Below are positions 1 to 10,160 of a stretch of DNA of 64,000 bases, one piece after another. The stretch's first letter is position 1; every line of letters starts with the position of its first letter. The DNA is taken from contig JBILBQ010000001.1 in the NCBI GenBank assembly GCA_044353615.1, positions 19,201 to 83,200 of the forward strand, read 5' to 3'. The position numbers and the translations under genes were made by a program. Source of the DNA: Algoriphagus sp. (GTDB taxonomy: Bacteria; Bacteroidota; Bacteroidia; Cytophagales; Cyclobacteriaceae). Under the pieces are notes generated by a model. The model was not told the origin of the DNA. It searched no databases and saw only the letters and a program-made list of their open reading frames with translations.

Positions 1-1
1 A

Positions 2-2152
2 GAAATCAACCTTGACTCCTTCTCCTTGACATTTTTTGACACCCATGGAAAGCTCCTCAATCAGGATGATTCCTTTGGTGTTTCCTGGATTGGAACTGAA
101 GTGACTGCCTACAAAAAACTGCAGCCTAACGAAAAATTCATCGGTTTAGGTGAGAAAACGGGGAATCTCAACCGTTTTGGAAATGCCTACACCAACTGGA
201 ATACTGACTACTTTGCGTATGGAGTTGGCGATGATCCGCTCTACCTGAGTATTCCATTTTACCTAGGCGTGCATAATCAAGGACACTACGGCATATTCAT
301 GGACAACACCCACAAGTCGCTATTCAACTTTGGGGCCTCCAACAATCGATTTGCTTCTTTTAGTGCCGAGGACGGAGATATGGATTATTACTTTTTCCAT
401 TACCCGAGTATATCCGAAATTATTACGGCCTACACTTGGCTTACCGGTCGCATGCAGATGCCTCCCATGTGGGCCTTGGGATTTCAGCAATGCCGCTACT
501 CCTACTACCCAGAATCTGAAGTCTATGCTGTTGCACAGGCTTTTCGTGATAAAAAAATGCCTGCCGATGTCATCTATTTGGACATCCACCACATGGAAGC
601 CTACAAGGTTTTCACCTTTGATGGCGAAAAATTTAGCAACCCCAAAGCGATGATTGCTCGCTTGAAAGAAAAAGGATTCAAGGTTGTGGTGATCCTCGAC
701 CCAGGCATAAAAGTAGAATCGAGCTACGCCCCCTACCGCGAAGGACAGGAACAAGGACTATTTGTCAACTACCCTGACGGGCAAACCTATGAAGCACAGG
801 TTTGGCCAGGATGGTGCGCCTTTCCTGATTTCACTAAAGCCGCTACCCGCAGCTGGTGGGAAGATAAAATGGCCTTTTATACCGAAGCTGGTGTGGATGG
901 ATTTTGGACAGACATGAACGAGCCTGCCTCTTGGGGTCAATGCACGCCTAACCTCTTGGAGTTTGATTTTGAGGGAGAAAAAGCCTCCCATCGCAAAGCT
1001 AGAAATACCTATGGAATGCAGATGGCACGAAGTACGCAGGCTGGCGCTTCCAAACAAGCTCCTGAAAAACGACCTTTTGTCCTCACGCGCTCTGGTTTTG
1101 CAGGGATACAACGCTTTGCGGCAGCCTGGACTGGAGACAATGTAGCCTCCGAGGAACACATGTTGGCTGGCATTCGCTTAGTGAATAGTCTTGGCATGAG
1201 TGGGGTTGCTTTTGCAGGCTACGATGTAGGTGGATTTGCTGGAGAAGCAAGCAAAAATCTATTTGCCCGATGGATGAGCATCGCTGCTTTTTCCCCCTTT
1301 TACCGAGCGCATTCCATGATCAACACCAAGGATGCCGAACCTTGGGCATTTGGAGAAGAGGTGGAAGAAATCAGTCGCAACTACCTGAATTTTAGATACT
1401 CACTACTTCCAACCATTTACAGTGCTTTTCACCAAAGTACGCAAAATGGCCTACCGCTGTCTGCTTCCTTAGCGATCCACTTTCCGCAAGACGAGAGCAT
1501 CTTTCAAACAGCATTTCAAAACGAATATTTGTTTTGCAATACCTTCCTAGTGGCGCCGGTGGAAAGCTTCCGCGAAATCACCAAAGTCTATCTCCCGCAA
1601 GGAGAATGGTACTATTTGTACTCGGACCAAAAACACCAAGGAAGTCAAGTGATTTACCAAGACTCCCCGCTCAACTACCTACCGGTGTATGTACAGGCAG
1701 GGAAAATTTTTGCGCAGCAATCCCCTATCCAACATACAGGCGAGGAGCACGATGGAATCCTAAGCCTCCATCTCTACAAAGGAGAAACAGGATCTACCTA
1801 TGTGCATTACGAGGATGCGGGAGAAGGATTAGACTATTTGGAAGGTGAATATTTCAGTCGGGAAATTCAGTACCAGCCTGAAGGAAGCGCTTTGAAAATA
1901 AAACAATCAGAAGGCAAATTATCCAGTCAATACCAAAGCATTCGCCTCTATTTCCATGGTTTTGAAGCGCTTAGCCCTGTAGTGAATGGAATAGCCCAAG
2001 CACTTAACTCAAGTGACTTTGGCTTTTTAGGAAAGCTCACCGAGTTTGACCCCCTACCAGACCAAACACACCCTTACTTTCAAATCAAACAGTTGCCTTA
2101 CATCGAATTCAAGCATTCATCAGACGAATTGGAAATTAAGGGACTGAATTGA
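2..2152 (+). CDS. Glycoside hydrolase family 31 alpha-glucosidase (5' truncated by window edge)
   Basis: Frame is open from base 2. GH31 motifs YLDIHH, GFWTDMNEP (nucleophile), WTGDN, GYDVGGF and PFYRAH are present. Confidence 0.93.
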   Translation, partial: EINLDSFSLTFFDTHGKLLNQDDSFGVSWIGTEVTAYKKLQPNEKFIGLGEKTGNLNRFGNAYTNWNTDYFAYGVGDDPLYLSIPFYLGVHNQGHYGIFMDNTHKSLFNFGASNNRFASFSAEDGDMDYYFFHYPSISEIITAYTWLTGRMQMPPMWALGFQQCRYSYYPESEVYAVAQAFRDKKMPADVIYLDIHHMEAYKVFTFDGEKFSNPKAMIARLKEKGFKVVVILDPGIKVESSYAPYREGQEQGLFVNYPDGQTYEAQVWPGWCAFPDFTKAATRSWWEDKMAFYTEAGVDGFWTDMNEPASWGQCTPNLLEFDFEGEKASHRKARNTYGMQMARSTQAGASKQAPEKRPFVLTRSGFAGIQRFAAAWTGDNVASEEHMLAGIRLVNSLGMSGVAFAGYDVGGFAGEASKNLFARWMSIAAFSPFYRAHSMINTKDAEPWAFGEEVEEISRNYLNFRYSLLPTIYSAFHQSTQNGLPLSASLAIHFPQDESIFQTAFQNEYLFCNTFLVAPVESFREITKVYLPQGEWYYLYSDQKHQGSQVIYQDSPLNYLPVYVQAGKIFAQQSPIQHTGEEHDGILSLHLYKGETGSTYVHYEDAGEGLDYLEGEYFSREIQYQPEGSALKIKQSEGKLSSQYQSIRLYFHGFEALSPVVNGIAQALNSSDFGFLGKLTEFDPLPDQTHPYFQIKQLPYIEFKHSSDELEIKGLN

Positions 2153-2179
2153 TCCCCCCACCTTTTTACCAACCCAACA

Positions 2180-3505
2180 ATGACCCAAGAAAAAAAGAAG
2201 TTGAGTTTCTGGCAGATCTGGAACATGAGTTTTGGATTTCTAGGAATTCAGTTTGGATTCGCACTTCAAGGTGGATTCATGTCTCGTATCTTCCAAACCC
2301 TCGGCGCCGAAAAAGATGCCATCCCATTTCTTTGGATTGCTGCCCCGCTGACTGGACTTTTGGTTCAGCCCATTGTCGGCTATTTGAGTGATCGCACTTG
2401 GCATCCTAGATTTGGAAGAAGAAAGCCTTTCTTCTTCTTCGGTGCTGTGATGAGTACCATTGCCTTATTTTTCGCCCCCTACTCCTCGGCACTCTGGATG
2501 GCTGCAGGTGCCCTTTGGATTTTAGATGCTTCCATCAATGTTTCGATGGAGCCCTTCCGAGCTTTAGTGGCCGATAAGCTTCCTGAATCACAGCGCTCCT
2601 TTGGCTTTGTGGTCCAAACCCTAATCATTGGCATTGGCACCTGGGTGGCCTCCAACCTCCCCTGGCTGATGACCGAGCTCGGAGCTTCCAATACCGCTGC
2701 TCCAGGGGTGGTTCCTGATTCAGTCAAGTACGCATTCGGGATCGGCGCCTTCGTTTTATTTACCTCCATCCTATTTACTATCCTCAAAACAGAAGAATAC
2801 CCTCCCGAAGACTTGGATGCTTTTGAACGGGAAAAAGAAAGTAAAAAGGGCTTTTTTACAGGAATGAAAGAGGTTTTTCAGTTAATTGTCAACATGCCAA
2901 CCGTGATGAAACAGTTGGGTCTGGTCCAGTTCTTCTCTTGGTTCGCTTTTTTTACCATGTGGAGCTTCGCTACACCAGCCATCACAGAGCACGTGTTTGG
3001 GGCAACAGACACTAGCTCCGAAGCCTACAATAATGCAGCCGACAGCGTAGGAAATTACCTCGGTACCTACGGACTAGTTTCCATGTTTTTTGCCTTGATC
3101 CTCTCCTTTGTTGCCGCAAAAATCAAAATCAACCGAAAGCTACTTCACTTAGTTAGTTTAATTGCTGGAGGATTAGGGTTTATTTCAATCTATTTTGTCA
3201 CTGAACCCTGGATGCTGCACGGCTGCTTTGCTTTAGTAGGCATTGCCTGGGCGAGCATCCTTTCCATGCCTTATGCCATGCTTTCCGGTTCGGTCCAACC
3301 GAATAAAATGGGCGTTTACATGGGTATTTTCAACATGTTTATTGTGATTCCCCAAATTATTGCTGCCTTGGGCGGTGTCAACTTCCTGTACAAGTTGCTC
3401 TTTGGCGAAGCGGTCATCAACACCATGCTACTGGCAGGAACGCTCCTAATCCTTGCCGGACTTTCCAACCTCCTGATTACAGACAAAAGGGCCACACACG
3501 ATTGA
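2180..3505 (+). CDS. MFS/GPH (SLC45-like) maltose/sucrose transporter
   Basis: About 12 TM segments; FGFLGIQFGFALQ, SDRTW..GRRKPF and GVYMGIFNMFIVIPQI motifs; adjacent to GH31. Confidence 0.88.
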   Translation: MTQEKKKLSFWQIWNMSFGFLGIQFGFALQGGFMSRIFQTLGAEKDAIPFLWIAAPLTGLLVQPIVGYLSDRTWHPRFGRRKPFFFFGAVMSTIALFFAPYSSALWMAAGALWILDASINVSMEPFRALVADKLPESQRSFGFVVQTLIIGIGTWVASNLPWLMTELGASNTAAPGVVPDSVKYAFGIGAFVLFTSILFTILKTEEYPPEDLDAFEREKESKKGFFTGMKEVFQLIVNMPTVMKQLGLVQFFSWFAFFTMWSFATPAITEHVFGATDTSSEAYNNAADSVGNYLGTYGLVSMFFALILSFVAAKIKINRKLLHLVSLIAGGLGFISIYFVTEPWMLHGCFALVGIAWASILSMPYAMLSGSVQPNKMGVYMGIFNMFIVIPQIIAALGGVNFLYKLLFGEAVINTMLLAGTLLILAGLSNLLITDKRATHD

Positions 3506-3634
3506 GTTGCTGACTTAAAAAATCAAAAATCCGGCAGACTTACCTTAGGGGATAAAAAGGAAGTTTCTTCGTTAAACTCGCGGAGGAAACAAATCCATCA
3601 TGCGTTTTTAACAGCTCCTTAACCTATTTATACC

Positions 3635-3642
3635 TAACTTTG
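3635..3642 (+). promoter_or_regulatory. Bacteroidota sigma-A -7 element (TAACTTTG)
   Basis: Exact TAnnTTTG match ~90 nt upstream of the GT2 gene. Confidence 0.5.
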
Positions 3643-3729
3643 AACTTGATTTGAGCCTTCAAGAAAAGTGGAGTAGAGCAATCAGGGGAAATAGCTAGAA
3701 ATGCAAGAGCGAAGGAATTCGATAAAATC

Positions 3730-4386
3730 ATGTTGAAACAAGTGAAGGTATCAGTATTGATGGCGGTGTACAATACCGACTTCACCGTTATAAAAAGAGC
3801 AATTGACTCGGTACTAAACCAAGATTACAAGGAGTTTGAGTTGATCATCATTGATGATGGAAGCACCAACAACAACAGAGAAGCCTTAATCAGATACATC
3901 GTAGCACATGAAGACCGGATCTCCTACATTCGCCACAGCAATCGTGGCCAATCGGAATCGATTAACCGTGGTGTACTGAACAGCGTGGGAACTTACATCA
4001 CCATCTTGGATAGTGACGATGAATACAAAACCAACCACCTGAGCTCCTGTCTCCTCGAGATGGAATCTGCCGACTTAATTTGCTCCACCTCAGAAACAGT
4101 TGTTGCTAGCGAGGAAGACTATTTTGTGCCAGACAAAAACGATTTGAGCAAGCAAATTCATTTGGACGAAGCCACACTTTTTGGAACCCTTTTTGGCCTC
4201 AAAGAGGTGTTTTTAACGCTAGGATTTAAAGGAGGATTTGCAGCAGACACCGACTTTTTTGAACGTGCAAAGGCAAAGTATCGAGTAAAAAAAGTTGACC
4301 TACGAACTTACATTTACTACCGGAACAACCCAAATAGCACCTGCTCCCAAGTAAAACTTCAAAACCTTATTCCTGCAGGCTTGTGA
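3730..4386 (+). CDS. Glycosyltransferase family 2
   Basis: VSVLMAVYN, IIIDDGST and LDSDD motifs. Confidence 0.88.
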   Translation: MLKQVKVSVLMAVYNTDFTVIKRAIDSVLNQDYKEFELIIIDDGSTNNNREALIRYIVAHEDRISYIRHSNRGQSESINRGVLNSVGTYITILDSDDEYKTNHLSSCLLEMESADLICSTSETVVASEEDYFVPDKNDLSKQIHLDEATLFGTLFGLKEVFLTLGFKGGFAADTDFFERAKAKYRVKKVDLRTYIYYRNNPNSTCSQVKLQNLIPAGL

Positions 4387-5150
4387 TTGAAAATCAGTCA
4401 GCAGCAGCCTCAAGTAGCAACTTGATTCTCGCATGCTTGATTACGGGCATCTACGACGTCAACCGGAGCGCCACTTTACAAGAAGACGATTACGAACTGG
4501 TACGCGCTTGGGCAGAATCATTGGCTAAAGCAGGAGTAAAAGGCATCTTATTTCACAATGGCTTTAGTGAGGAAACTTGCCAAAAATACACGAATACCTA
4601 CCTTTCCTTCGTAAAAATCACTCCTGATCCTCGGTTCAATCCCAACGTTTTTCGCTACCTAGTTTACCTAGACTACTTGGAAAAACTGGCGCATCCACCT
4701 GACAATATTTTTGTGACAGATGTATCGGATGTAACTCTGATCAACAATCCATTTACCTCAGCACTTTTCACAGAATCTCCAAATACCCTATTTTGTGGAG
4801 ATGAACCTTGTTTACTGGCTAACGAATGGATGAATGCACATTCCACAAGCCTAAGAACCCAAATCGATGATTTTGCAAGCTATGAAGCCCTATTTGCAGC
4901 TGAAACACTGCTGAACTGTGGGATATTTGGTGGGAACTATCCGATATTCTACGATTTTCTCCAGCAGCTAGCTGCAATTCATCGAAGCTACAATTCAAAA
5001 AATAGAACTGCGTACACGGGAGATATGGGGGCGTTCAACTACTTGGCCAGAACCAAATTCAACGATCGGTTGCGCCATGGCTTTCCGGTCAATACCGTCT
5101 TCAAAGCCTACGAAGAAGCACGCAGCGACTGCTGGTTTCGGCATAAATAA
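4383..5150 (+). CDS. Hypothetical protein, probable GT-A-fold glycosyltransferase
   Basis: GTGA overlap with GT2; FVTDVSDV, LLNCGIFGG and GDMGAFNYL motifs. Confidence 0.6.
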   Translation: MIENQSAAASSSNLILACLITGIYDVNRSATLQEDDYELVRAWAESLAKAGVKGILFHNGFSEETCQKYTNTYLSFVKITPDPRFNPNVFRYLVYLDYLEKLAHPPDNIFVTDVSDVTLINNPFTSALFTESPNTLFCGDEPCLLANEWMNAHSTSLRTQIDDFASYEALFAAETLLNCGIFGGNYPIFYDFLQQLAAIHRSYNSKNRTAYTGDMGAFNYLARTKFNDRLRHGFPVNTVFKAYEEARSDCWFRHK

Positions 5151-5212
5151 AAATTCCAAAGGGTCATTTCCCATAGACAGGGGACTCGAAGGAGCTACTC
5201 AAGTCTTACATC

Positions 5213-5259
5213 AAAAAAGCCTTCCCTATGGAATCACATCCTAGAGAAGGCTTTTTTTT
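5213..5259. terminator. Bidirectional intrinsic terminator
   Basis: AAAAAAGCCTTC...GAAGGCTTTTTTTT between convergent genes. Confidence 0.75.
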
Positions 5260-5274
5260 GGGAAAGACAAAAGG

Positions 5275-6060
5275 TTAATCCCCAAGCTTCGTCCAGTCCC
5301 ATTCCTTGTTAATGTGGGAGATGGCATGGTGGGCGGTGAGGTCGTATTGGCAAGGAACGATGGAGATGTAATTGTTGGCGATTGCCCACTCATCGTTATC
5401 TTCCCCCTTGTCAAAATTCACAAAGTTACCTGCCAGCCAGAAGTATTTTCTTCCCGTAGGATCAAAGCGCTCCACAAATTCTTCCTGCCACTTCGCATCT
5501 GCCTGTCTGCAGATTTTTACTCCTCGAATCTCCTCGTTCCGCTTGGGGGGAATATTCACATTCAAGGCGATCCCTTTGGGAATGCCATTTTCCAATACTT
5601 GACGAGCAATTTTTTCCACCCATTCCTCCACATGGGAAAAGTCTGCCTTCGATGAAAAATCGCAAAGGCTAAATCCAATCGATGGATAGCCCTCTAAGGC
5701 TCCCTCAATGGCTGCGGACATGGTTCCAGAATAAAGTACAGAAATGGAGGTATTGGATCCATGATTGATCCCGCTGACCACCAAATCGGGCTTGCGGTCC
5801 TTCAGCACATGGTGTTTGGCAAGCTTCACACAGTCGGCAGGTGTGCCGCTAGACTTGTAAGCCTTTACATCATCAAAAATATCATCCTCATACAACCGCA
5901 ACGTTTGGCCAATGGTAATGGCATGCCCCATGCCCGATTGGGGACTATCAGGAGCTACCACCACCACATCTCCCAATTTTTTCATGACAGCTACCAATAC
6001 GCGGATTCCTTTGGAGGTGATGCCGTCGTCGTTTGAGACAAGAATCAAGGGTCTTGACAT
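5275..6060 (-). CDS. surE: 5'/3'-nucleotidase SurE
   Basis: ILVSNDDG, SGTPADCV, SGINHGSN and YSGT motifs. Confidence 0.96.
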   Translation of the reverse strand: MSRPLILVSNDDGITSKGIRVLVAVMKKLGDVVVVAPDSPQSGMGHAITIGQTLRLYEDDIFDDVKAYKSSGTPADCVKLAKHHVLKDRKPDLVVSGINHGSNTSISVLYSGTMSAAIEGALEGYPSIGFSLCDFSSKADFSHVEEWVEKIARQVLENGIPKGIALNVNIPPKRNEEIRGVKICRQADAKWQEEFVERFDPTGRKYFWLAGNFVNFDKGEDNDEWAIANNYISIVPCQYDLTAHHAISHINKEWDWTKLGD

Positions 6061-6062
6061 GC

Positions 6063-6710
6063 TTAGTTGTTTTTTAATTCGTTGTAGTAGGCAGTGATCC
6101 GAAGCAGATCCCCACGTTGATCGTGTTCAAGGCGATTTTTCCGCATGTATAGCTCGAGCTCCTCGTCGTACCCAGGTAGCATGTCAAACAACTCCTTTTT
6201 CTTGCCACTGTAGCGCTCCATTCGCCCATTTTTTAAAAAGTAATAGGTAAATGCCAATCGAAACCCGGCTATATTTTGGGGTCCCCAAAATGGATTCATG
6301 CCCATTCCCGCCCAGTTGTTAATTCCTCGAGTGTCCGTAGCAATGTATTCTCGACAGAGCAAGGCAATGTGCTCCCCTTGGGTAAGCACTTCAAAAAACA
6401 CAGGCGTATCGTAATTACCATTCAATGCATAAGGAAGGCTGTAAAACTTCCGAACACCCTGGTAGGTCTCATCAAAAATATCAAAGCTCGTCACATTGGA
6501 GGCTGTAAAAGTGATCACCGTCTCCTCTTGTAGTTGCACTAAGTTGGTTTCCAAATCGTATTTTACCATGCCATTCACCGAACTCCCATCCGTCAAATAC
6601 AAGGTGCCCTTGTGCCAAATTTGAGACGGGAATTGATTTTTAGTTTGAGCCCAACTTTGGACACTCAAACCAACCAACATCAAGAATAAATAGATTTTCA
6701 ATCGTAGCAT
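6063..6710 (-). CDS. Secreted hypothetical protein
   Basis: ATG 6710 gives a signal peptide (MLRLKIYLFLMLVGLSVQSWAQ); lies between ribBA and surE in the same orientation. Confidence 0.75.
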   Translation of the reverse strand: MLRLKIYLFLMLVGLSVQSWAQTKNQFPSQIWHKGTLYLTDGSSVNGMVKYDLETNLVQLQEETVITFTASNVTSFDIFDETYQGVRKFYSLPYALNGNYDTPVFFEVLTQGEHIALLCREYIATDTRGINNWAGMGMNPFWGPQNIAGFRLAFTYYFLKNGRMERYSGKKKELFDMLPGYDEELELYMRKNRLEHDQRGDLLRITAYYNELKNN

Positions 6711-6773
6711 AAAGTATACAAACGGGAGGATGGCCTGCAGGTTTTTAAAAACGACAGCTCCTGCCAAACTTGA

Positions 6774-7985
6774 TTATTTCAGAATAGTATGCCCCATTTT
6801 ATCCCGCTTCGTTTGCAGGTATTTTACATTGTGGGGGTTGGCTTGAATCTCAATGGGTACTTGTTCTATAATTTCTAGACCGTAGCCCAGCAGACCTACA
6901 CGTTTTTGGGGATTATTCGAAATCAAGCGAATCTTTGAAATATTCAAATCTCGAAGAATTTGAGCGCCTACCCCATAATCTCTTCCATCCATGGGTAATC
7001 CAAGAGCCAGATTGGCTTGCACCGTGTCCATACCCTCCTCTTGGAGTTTATAGGCTTTCAACTTATTGATCAAGCCGATGCCTCTTCCTTCTTGATTCAT
7101 GTACAAAACCACGCCTTTGCCTGCCTGCTCGACAAGCTCCATGGCAGCATGCAGTTGCGGGCCACAGTCGCATCTGCAGGAACCAAAAATATCTCCCGTG
7201 GCACAAGAGGAATGGACACGAACTAGAATAGGCTCATCTTTTTCCCAAGTTCCTTTGATCAGGGCCAAATGAATCTCTTGGGTGTTGGTTTGTCGGTAAG
7301 CCACCAAATTAAAATCCCCCCAAACAGTGGGCATGTCTACGCCAATCTCTTTCGTAATTAGTGACTCATTTTTGAGACGGTAAGCAATCAAATCCTTGAT
7401 AGATACCAACTTCAATTGGAACTTTTCGCGCACCTTGAACAGGTCATCCAAGCGTGCCATGGTTCCATCTTCATTCATGATCTCCACCAATACCCCTGCT
7501 GGCTGAAGCCCTGCGAGTCTTGAAAAATCAATCGCTGCTTCGGTATGCCCTGCTCTTCGCAGCACACCACCTCTTTTGGCTTTCAGAGGAAAAATATGTC
7601 CTGGTTTGCCCAGTTCATTGGGATGAATTCGGTCATCCACCAAGGCCTGAATGGTTTTTGCTCTGTCTGATGCAGAAATTCCCGTGGTACAACCGTGACC
7701 AATCAAGTCTACAGACACCGTGAAGGGAGTTTCAAATACTGCCGTATTGCTTCCCACCATCAAGTCTAAACCTAGCTGCTCGCAGCGATCTTCAATCAAG
7801 GGTGCACAGATCAAGCCTCGACCATGGGTAGCCATGAAGTTGATGATTTCGGGAGTGACTTTTTCTGCCGCACACACAAAATCACCTTCATTTTCACGGT
7901 CCTCGTCATCTACAACGATGATGACATCACCGTTTTTTATCGCCTCAATGGCATCTTCAATGGAATCCAGGGTGTAATTTTCCAC
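6774..7985 (-). CDS. ribBA: Bifunctional DHBP synthase / GTP cyclohydrolase II
   Basis: [28 protein letters not shown] and QEGRGIG motifs. Confidence 0.97.
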   Translation of the reverse strand: MENYTLDSIEDAIEAIKNGDVIIVVDDEDRENEGDFVCAAEKVTPEIINFMATHGRGLICAPLIEDRCEQLGLDLMVGSNTAVFETPFTVSVDLIGHGCTTGISASDRAKTIQALVDDRIHPNELGKPGHIFPLKAKRGGVLRRAGHTEAAIDFSRLAGLQPAGVLVEIMNEDGTMARLDDLFKVREKFQLKLVSIKDLIAYRLKNESLITKEIGVDMPTVWGDFNLVAYRQTNTQEIHLALIKGTWEKDEPILVRVHSSCATGDIFGSCRCDCGPQLHAAMELVEQAGKGVVLYMNQEGRGIGLINKLKAYKLQEEGMDTVQANLALGLPMDGRDYGVGAQILRDLNISKIRLISNNPQKRVGLLGYGLEIIEQVPIEIQANPHNVKYLQTKRDKMGHTILK

Positions 7986-8017
7986 AAGTTGGGGTATTAA
8001 AAAGAATATTTAGGATA

Positions 8018-8025
8018 CAAATGTA
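8018..8025 (-). promoter_or_regulatory. -7 element (TACATTTG) upstream of ribBA
   Basis: TAnnTTTG match on the minus strand ~30 nt upstream of the start. Confidence 0.55.
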
Positions 8026-8070
8026 GCCTCTTTGTCTACAAAACCGGAAGCAGCCAAAGAAAGTTTGGAA

Positions 8071-10008
8071 TTAACCAATGACAATTCCTAGCTCCTTGTC
8101 AATCTTGAGTTTTACTTTTTTTAGCTCCAAATAAAACTCCAACAATTCGCTCACCTTTTCTACTTCCAATTGCAGCTGCTCGGCTTCTTTAATTTTTGCC
8201 ATTGCCTCTTCCATCATTTTTTGGAGAAGCCTACGCTTCAATCGTAAAATGGACTTGAAGGCTGTATTGGCCAAATCATCGGATTCTAGGACCACAAAAA
8301 TCTGAAATTTATCTTTCCAATTGGCTGAGACCTCATGCCTCTGTGTAATCATTGCAATGGCCTCTTGCCGAATCTCAGCATCCACATGACTCAGAAACAA
8401 GTCATCAGAGGGTACCTGACCCAAGGCAATACCGTCTCGGTAGAGTTGAATCATTTTTTGGTAAATGGGAGTCTGAAAACTAACCTCCTCAATTTCAGAA
8501 AGGATGTACTGGCAAAAGTGTAGTTCTTGAACATCCAATTTTTGACCGCCATAGTTCAGCAGAAGCCGAAGCATCTCACGTTCCTGCAACAGCAGGTTAT
8601 CCTCAGCAGTTGCCTCCTCCGGAACTGGCAAAAGTTGGTCAATGCTAGCTTCAATCGCCTTTTCCTCCTTCGCTCGTTCAAATTGGTCCTTCTGTGTTTT
8701 TAGGAGAATTTTATTGAGTTCAGCATGCAGAATCTCTTCTTCAATACTCAAAAGCCCCGAGGCCTCTTTCGCATACACCGATCGGATAATTGGATCAGGG
8801 ATCTTGCTTATGCTTAGCACCACCTCCCGGATGATTCCTGCTTTCCGGATGGGATCCTTATCGATTTCATCTTGGTAGAGGCTGATTTTGAATCCAATAA
8901 AATCGCGACTATTTTCTTTGAGGTAGTCCTGGAATGCTTGAGAACCCACCTTTCTGGAGTAGCTATCCGGATCTTCCCCATCGGGGAATACCACTGCTTT
9001 TACATTGAGCCCACCTTCCAACAAGAGATCTATTCCTCGCAATGAAGCTTTGATACCTGCTGAATCTCCGTCATAGAGGACCGTTACCTGATTGGTAAAT
9101 CGTCGGATCAACTTGATCTGCCCATCGGTGAGGGAGGTACCTGACGAGGCCACCACATTTTCAATTCCTGATAGATGCAGTGAAACTACATCGGTATAGC
9201 CTTCGACCAAGAAGCAGTTGTCCTGATCTCGTATGGCTTTTTTGGCCTGAAAAATCCCATAGAGCACATCACTCTTGTGGTAGATGGGAGTTTCCGGTGA
9301 GTTGATGTATTTGGGCTGGTTTTTGTCTTTAGTCAGGATTCGGGCACCGAAACCAATGGCCTTACCGCTTACATTATGGATGGTAAAGGTGACGCGATTT
9401 CGAAAGCGATCGTAGAGGCGTTCGGCCTCCCCCTCCTTCTGCAAAATCAAACCTGCTTTTAGTAGAATTTCTTCTTGGTAACCGGCAGATTTGGCTGCTT
9501 TCAAGAAATGTTCCCAGCCATCCAAGGCATATCCCAGATCAAATTTCTGAATGATTTGAGGGGTGAATCCTCGTTCCTTGAAATAACTCAGGCCGATGGA
9601 CTTTCCTTCGTCGGTTTCTAAGTTTTTTACAAAAAAATCCTTGGCAAAATTTACCGCAATGAATAGGCTTTCCCGTTCATTCTGTTCCAGATTTTGTTCA
9701 GGGCTAAGGTTTGCCTCCTCTTCAACCTCAATTCCGTACTTGCCAGCGAGCTGGCGAATGGCCTCTTGAAAACCGATGCCTTCAATGTCCATGACGAATT
9801 GGATAGGATCACCTGCTTTCCCGCAGCCAAAGCACTTGTAAATTTGTTTGGCTGGTGAAAGGGAAAAAGAGGGTGTTTTTTCCCCATGGAAAGGGCAACA
9901 AGCCCACATGTTTTGCCCTTTTTTCTTCAAGGGCACGTAATCCCCAATCACCTCGACGATGTCAACGCGTTCTTTTACTTTGTCGGTAGTGAGTTTACTG
10001 ATGGACAT
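8071..10008 (-). CDS. dnaG: DNA primase
   Basis: CPFH...CFGC zinc finger, PKYINSPET, VEGYTDV and YDGDSAG TOPRIM motifs. Confidence 0.97.
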   Translation of the reverse strand: MSISKLTTDKVKERVDIVEVIGDYVPLKKKGQNMWACCPFHGEKTPSFSLSPAKQIYKCFGCGKAGDPIQFVMDIEGIGFQEAIRQLAGKYGIEVEEEANLSPEQNLEQNERESLFIAVNFAKDFFVKNLETDEGKSIGLSYFKERGFTPQIIQKFDLGYALDGWEHFLKAAKSAGYQEEILLKAGLILQKEGEAERLYDRFRNRVTFTIHNVSGKAIGFGARILTKDKNQPKYINSPETPIYHKSDVLYGIFQAKKAIRDQDNCFLVEGYTDVVSLHLSGIENVVASSGTSLTDGQIKLIRRFTNQVTVLYDGDSAGIKASLRGIDLLLEGGLNVKAVVFPDGEDPDSYSRKVGSQAFQDYLKENSRDFIGFKISLYQDEIDKDPIRKAGIIREVVLSISKIPDPIIRSVYAKEASGLLSIEEEILHAELNKILLKTQKDQFERAKEEKAIEASIDQLLPVPEEATAEDNLLLQEREMLRLLLNYGGQKLDVQELHFCQYILSEIEEVSFQTPIYQKMIQLYRDGIALGQVPSDDLFLSHVDAEIRQEAIAMITQRHEVSANWKDKFQIFVVLESDDLANTAFKSILRLKRRLLQKMMEEAMAKIKEAEQLQLEVEKVSELLEFYLELKKVKLKIDKELGIVIG

Positions 10009-10025
10009 AGGAAGGATTAGGGATG

Positions 10026-10033
10026 CAAAGGTA
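10026..10033 (-). promoter_or_regulatory. -7 element (TACCTTTG) upstream of dnaG
   Basis: TAnnTTTG match on the minus strand ~18 nt upstream of the ATG. Confidence 0.55.
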
Positions 10034-10160
10034 AGGAACCAACGGGAAATCGATACCTCCTACAGCAGAAGAAAATCAGTGGTTTGAGGGGGTGAAAATG
10101 ATAGCTCAGGTTTTTCTAAGACGCATTCTTGACCTAACTTGCAAAAAAATTACAAAAGCA

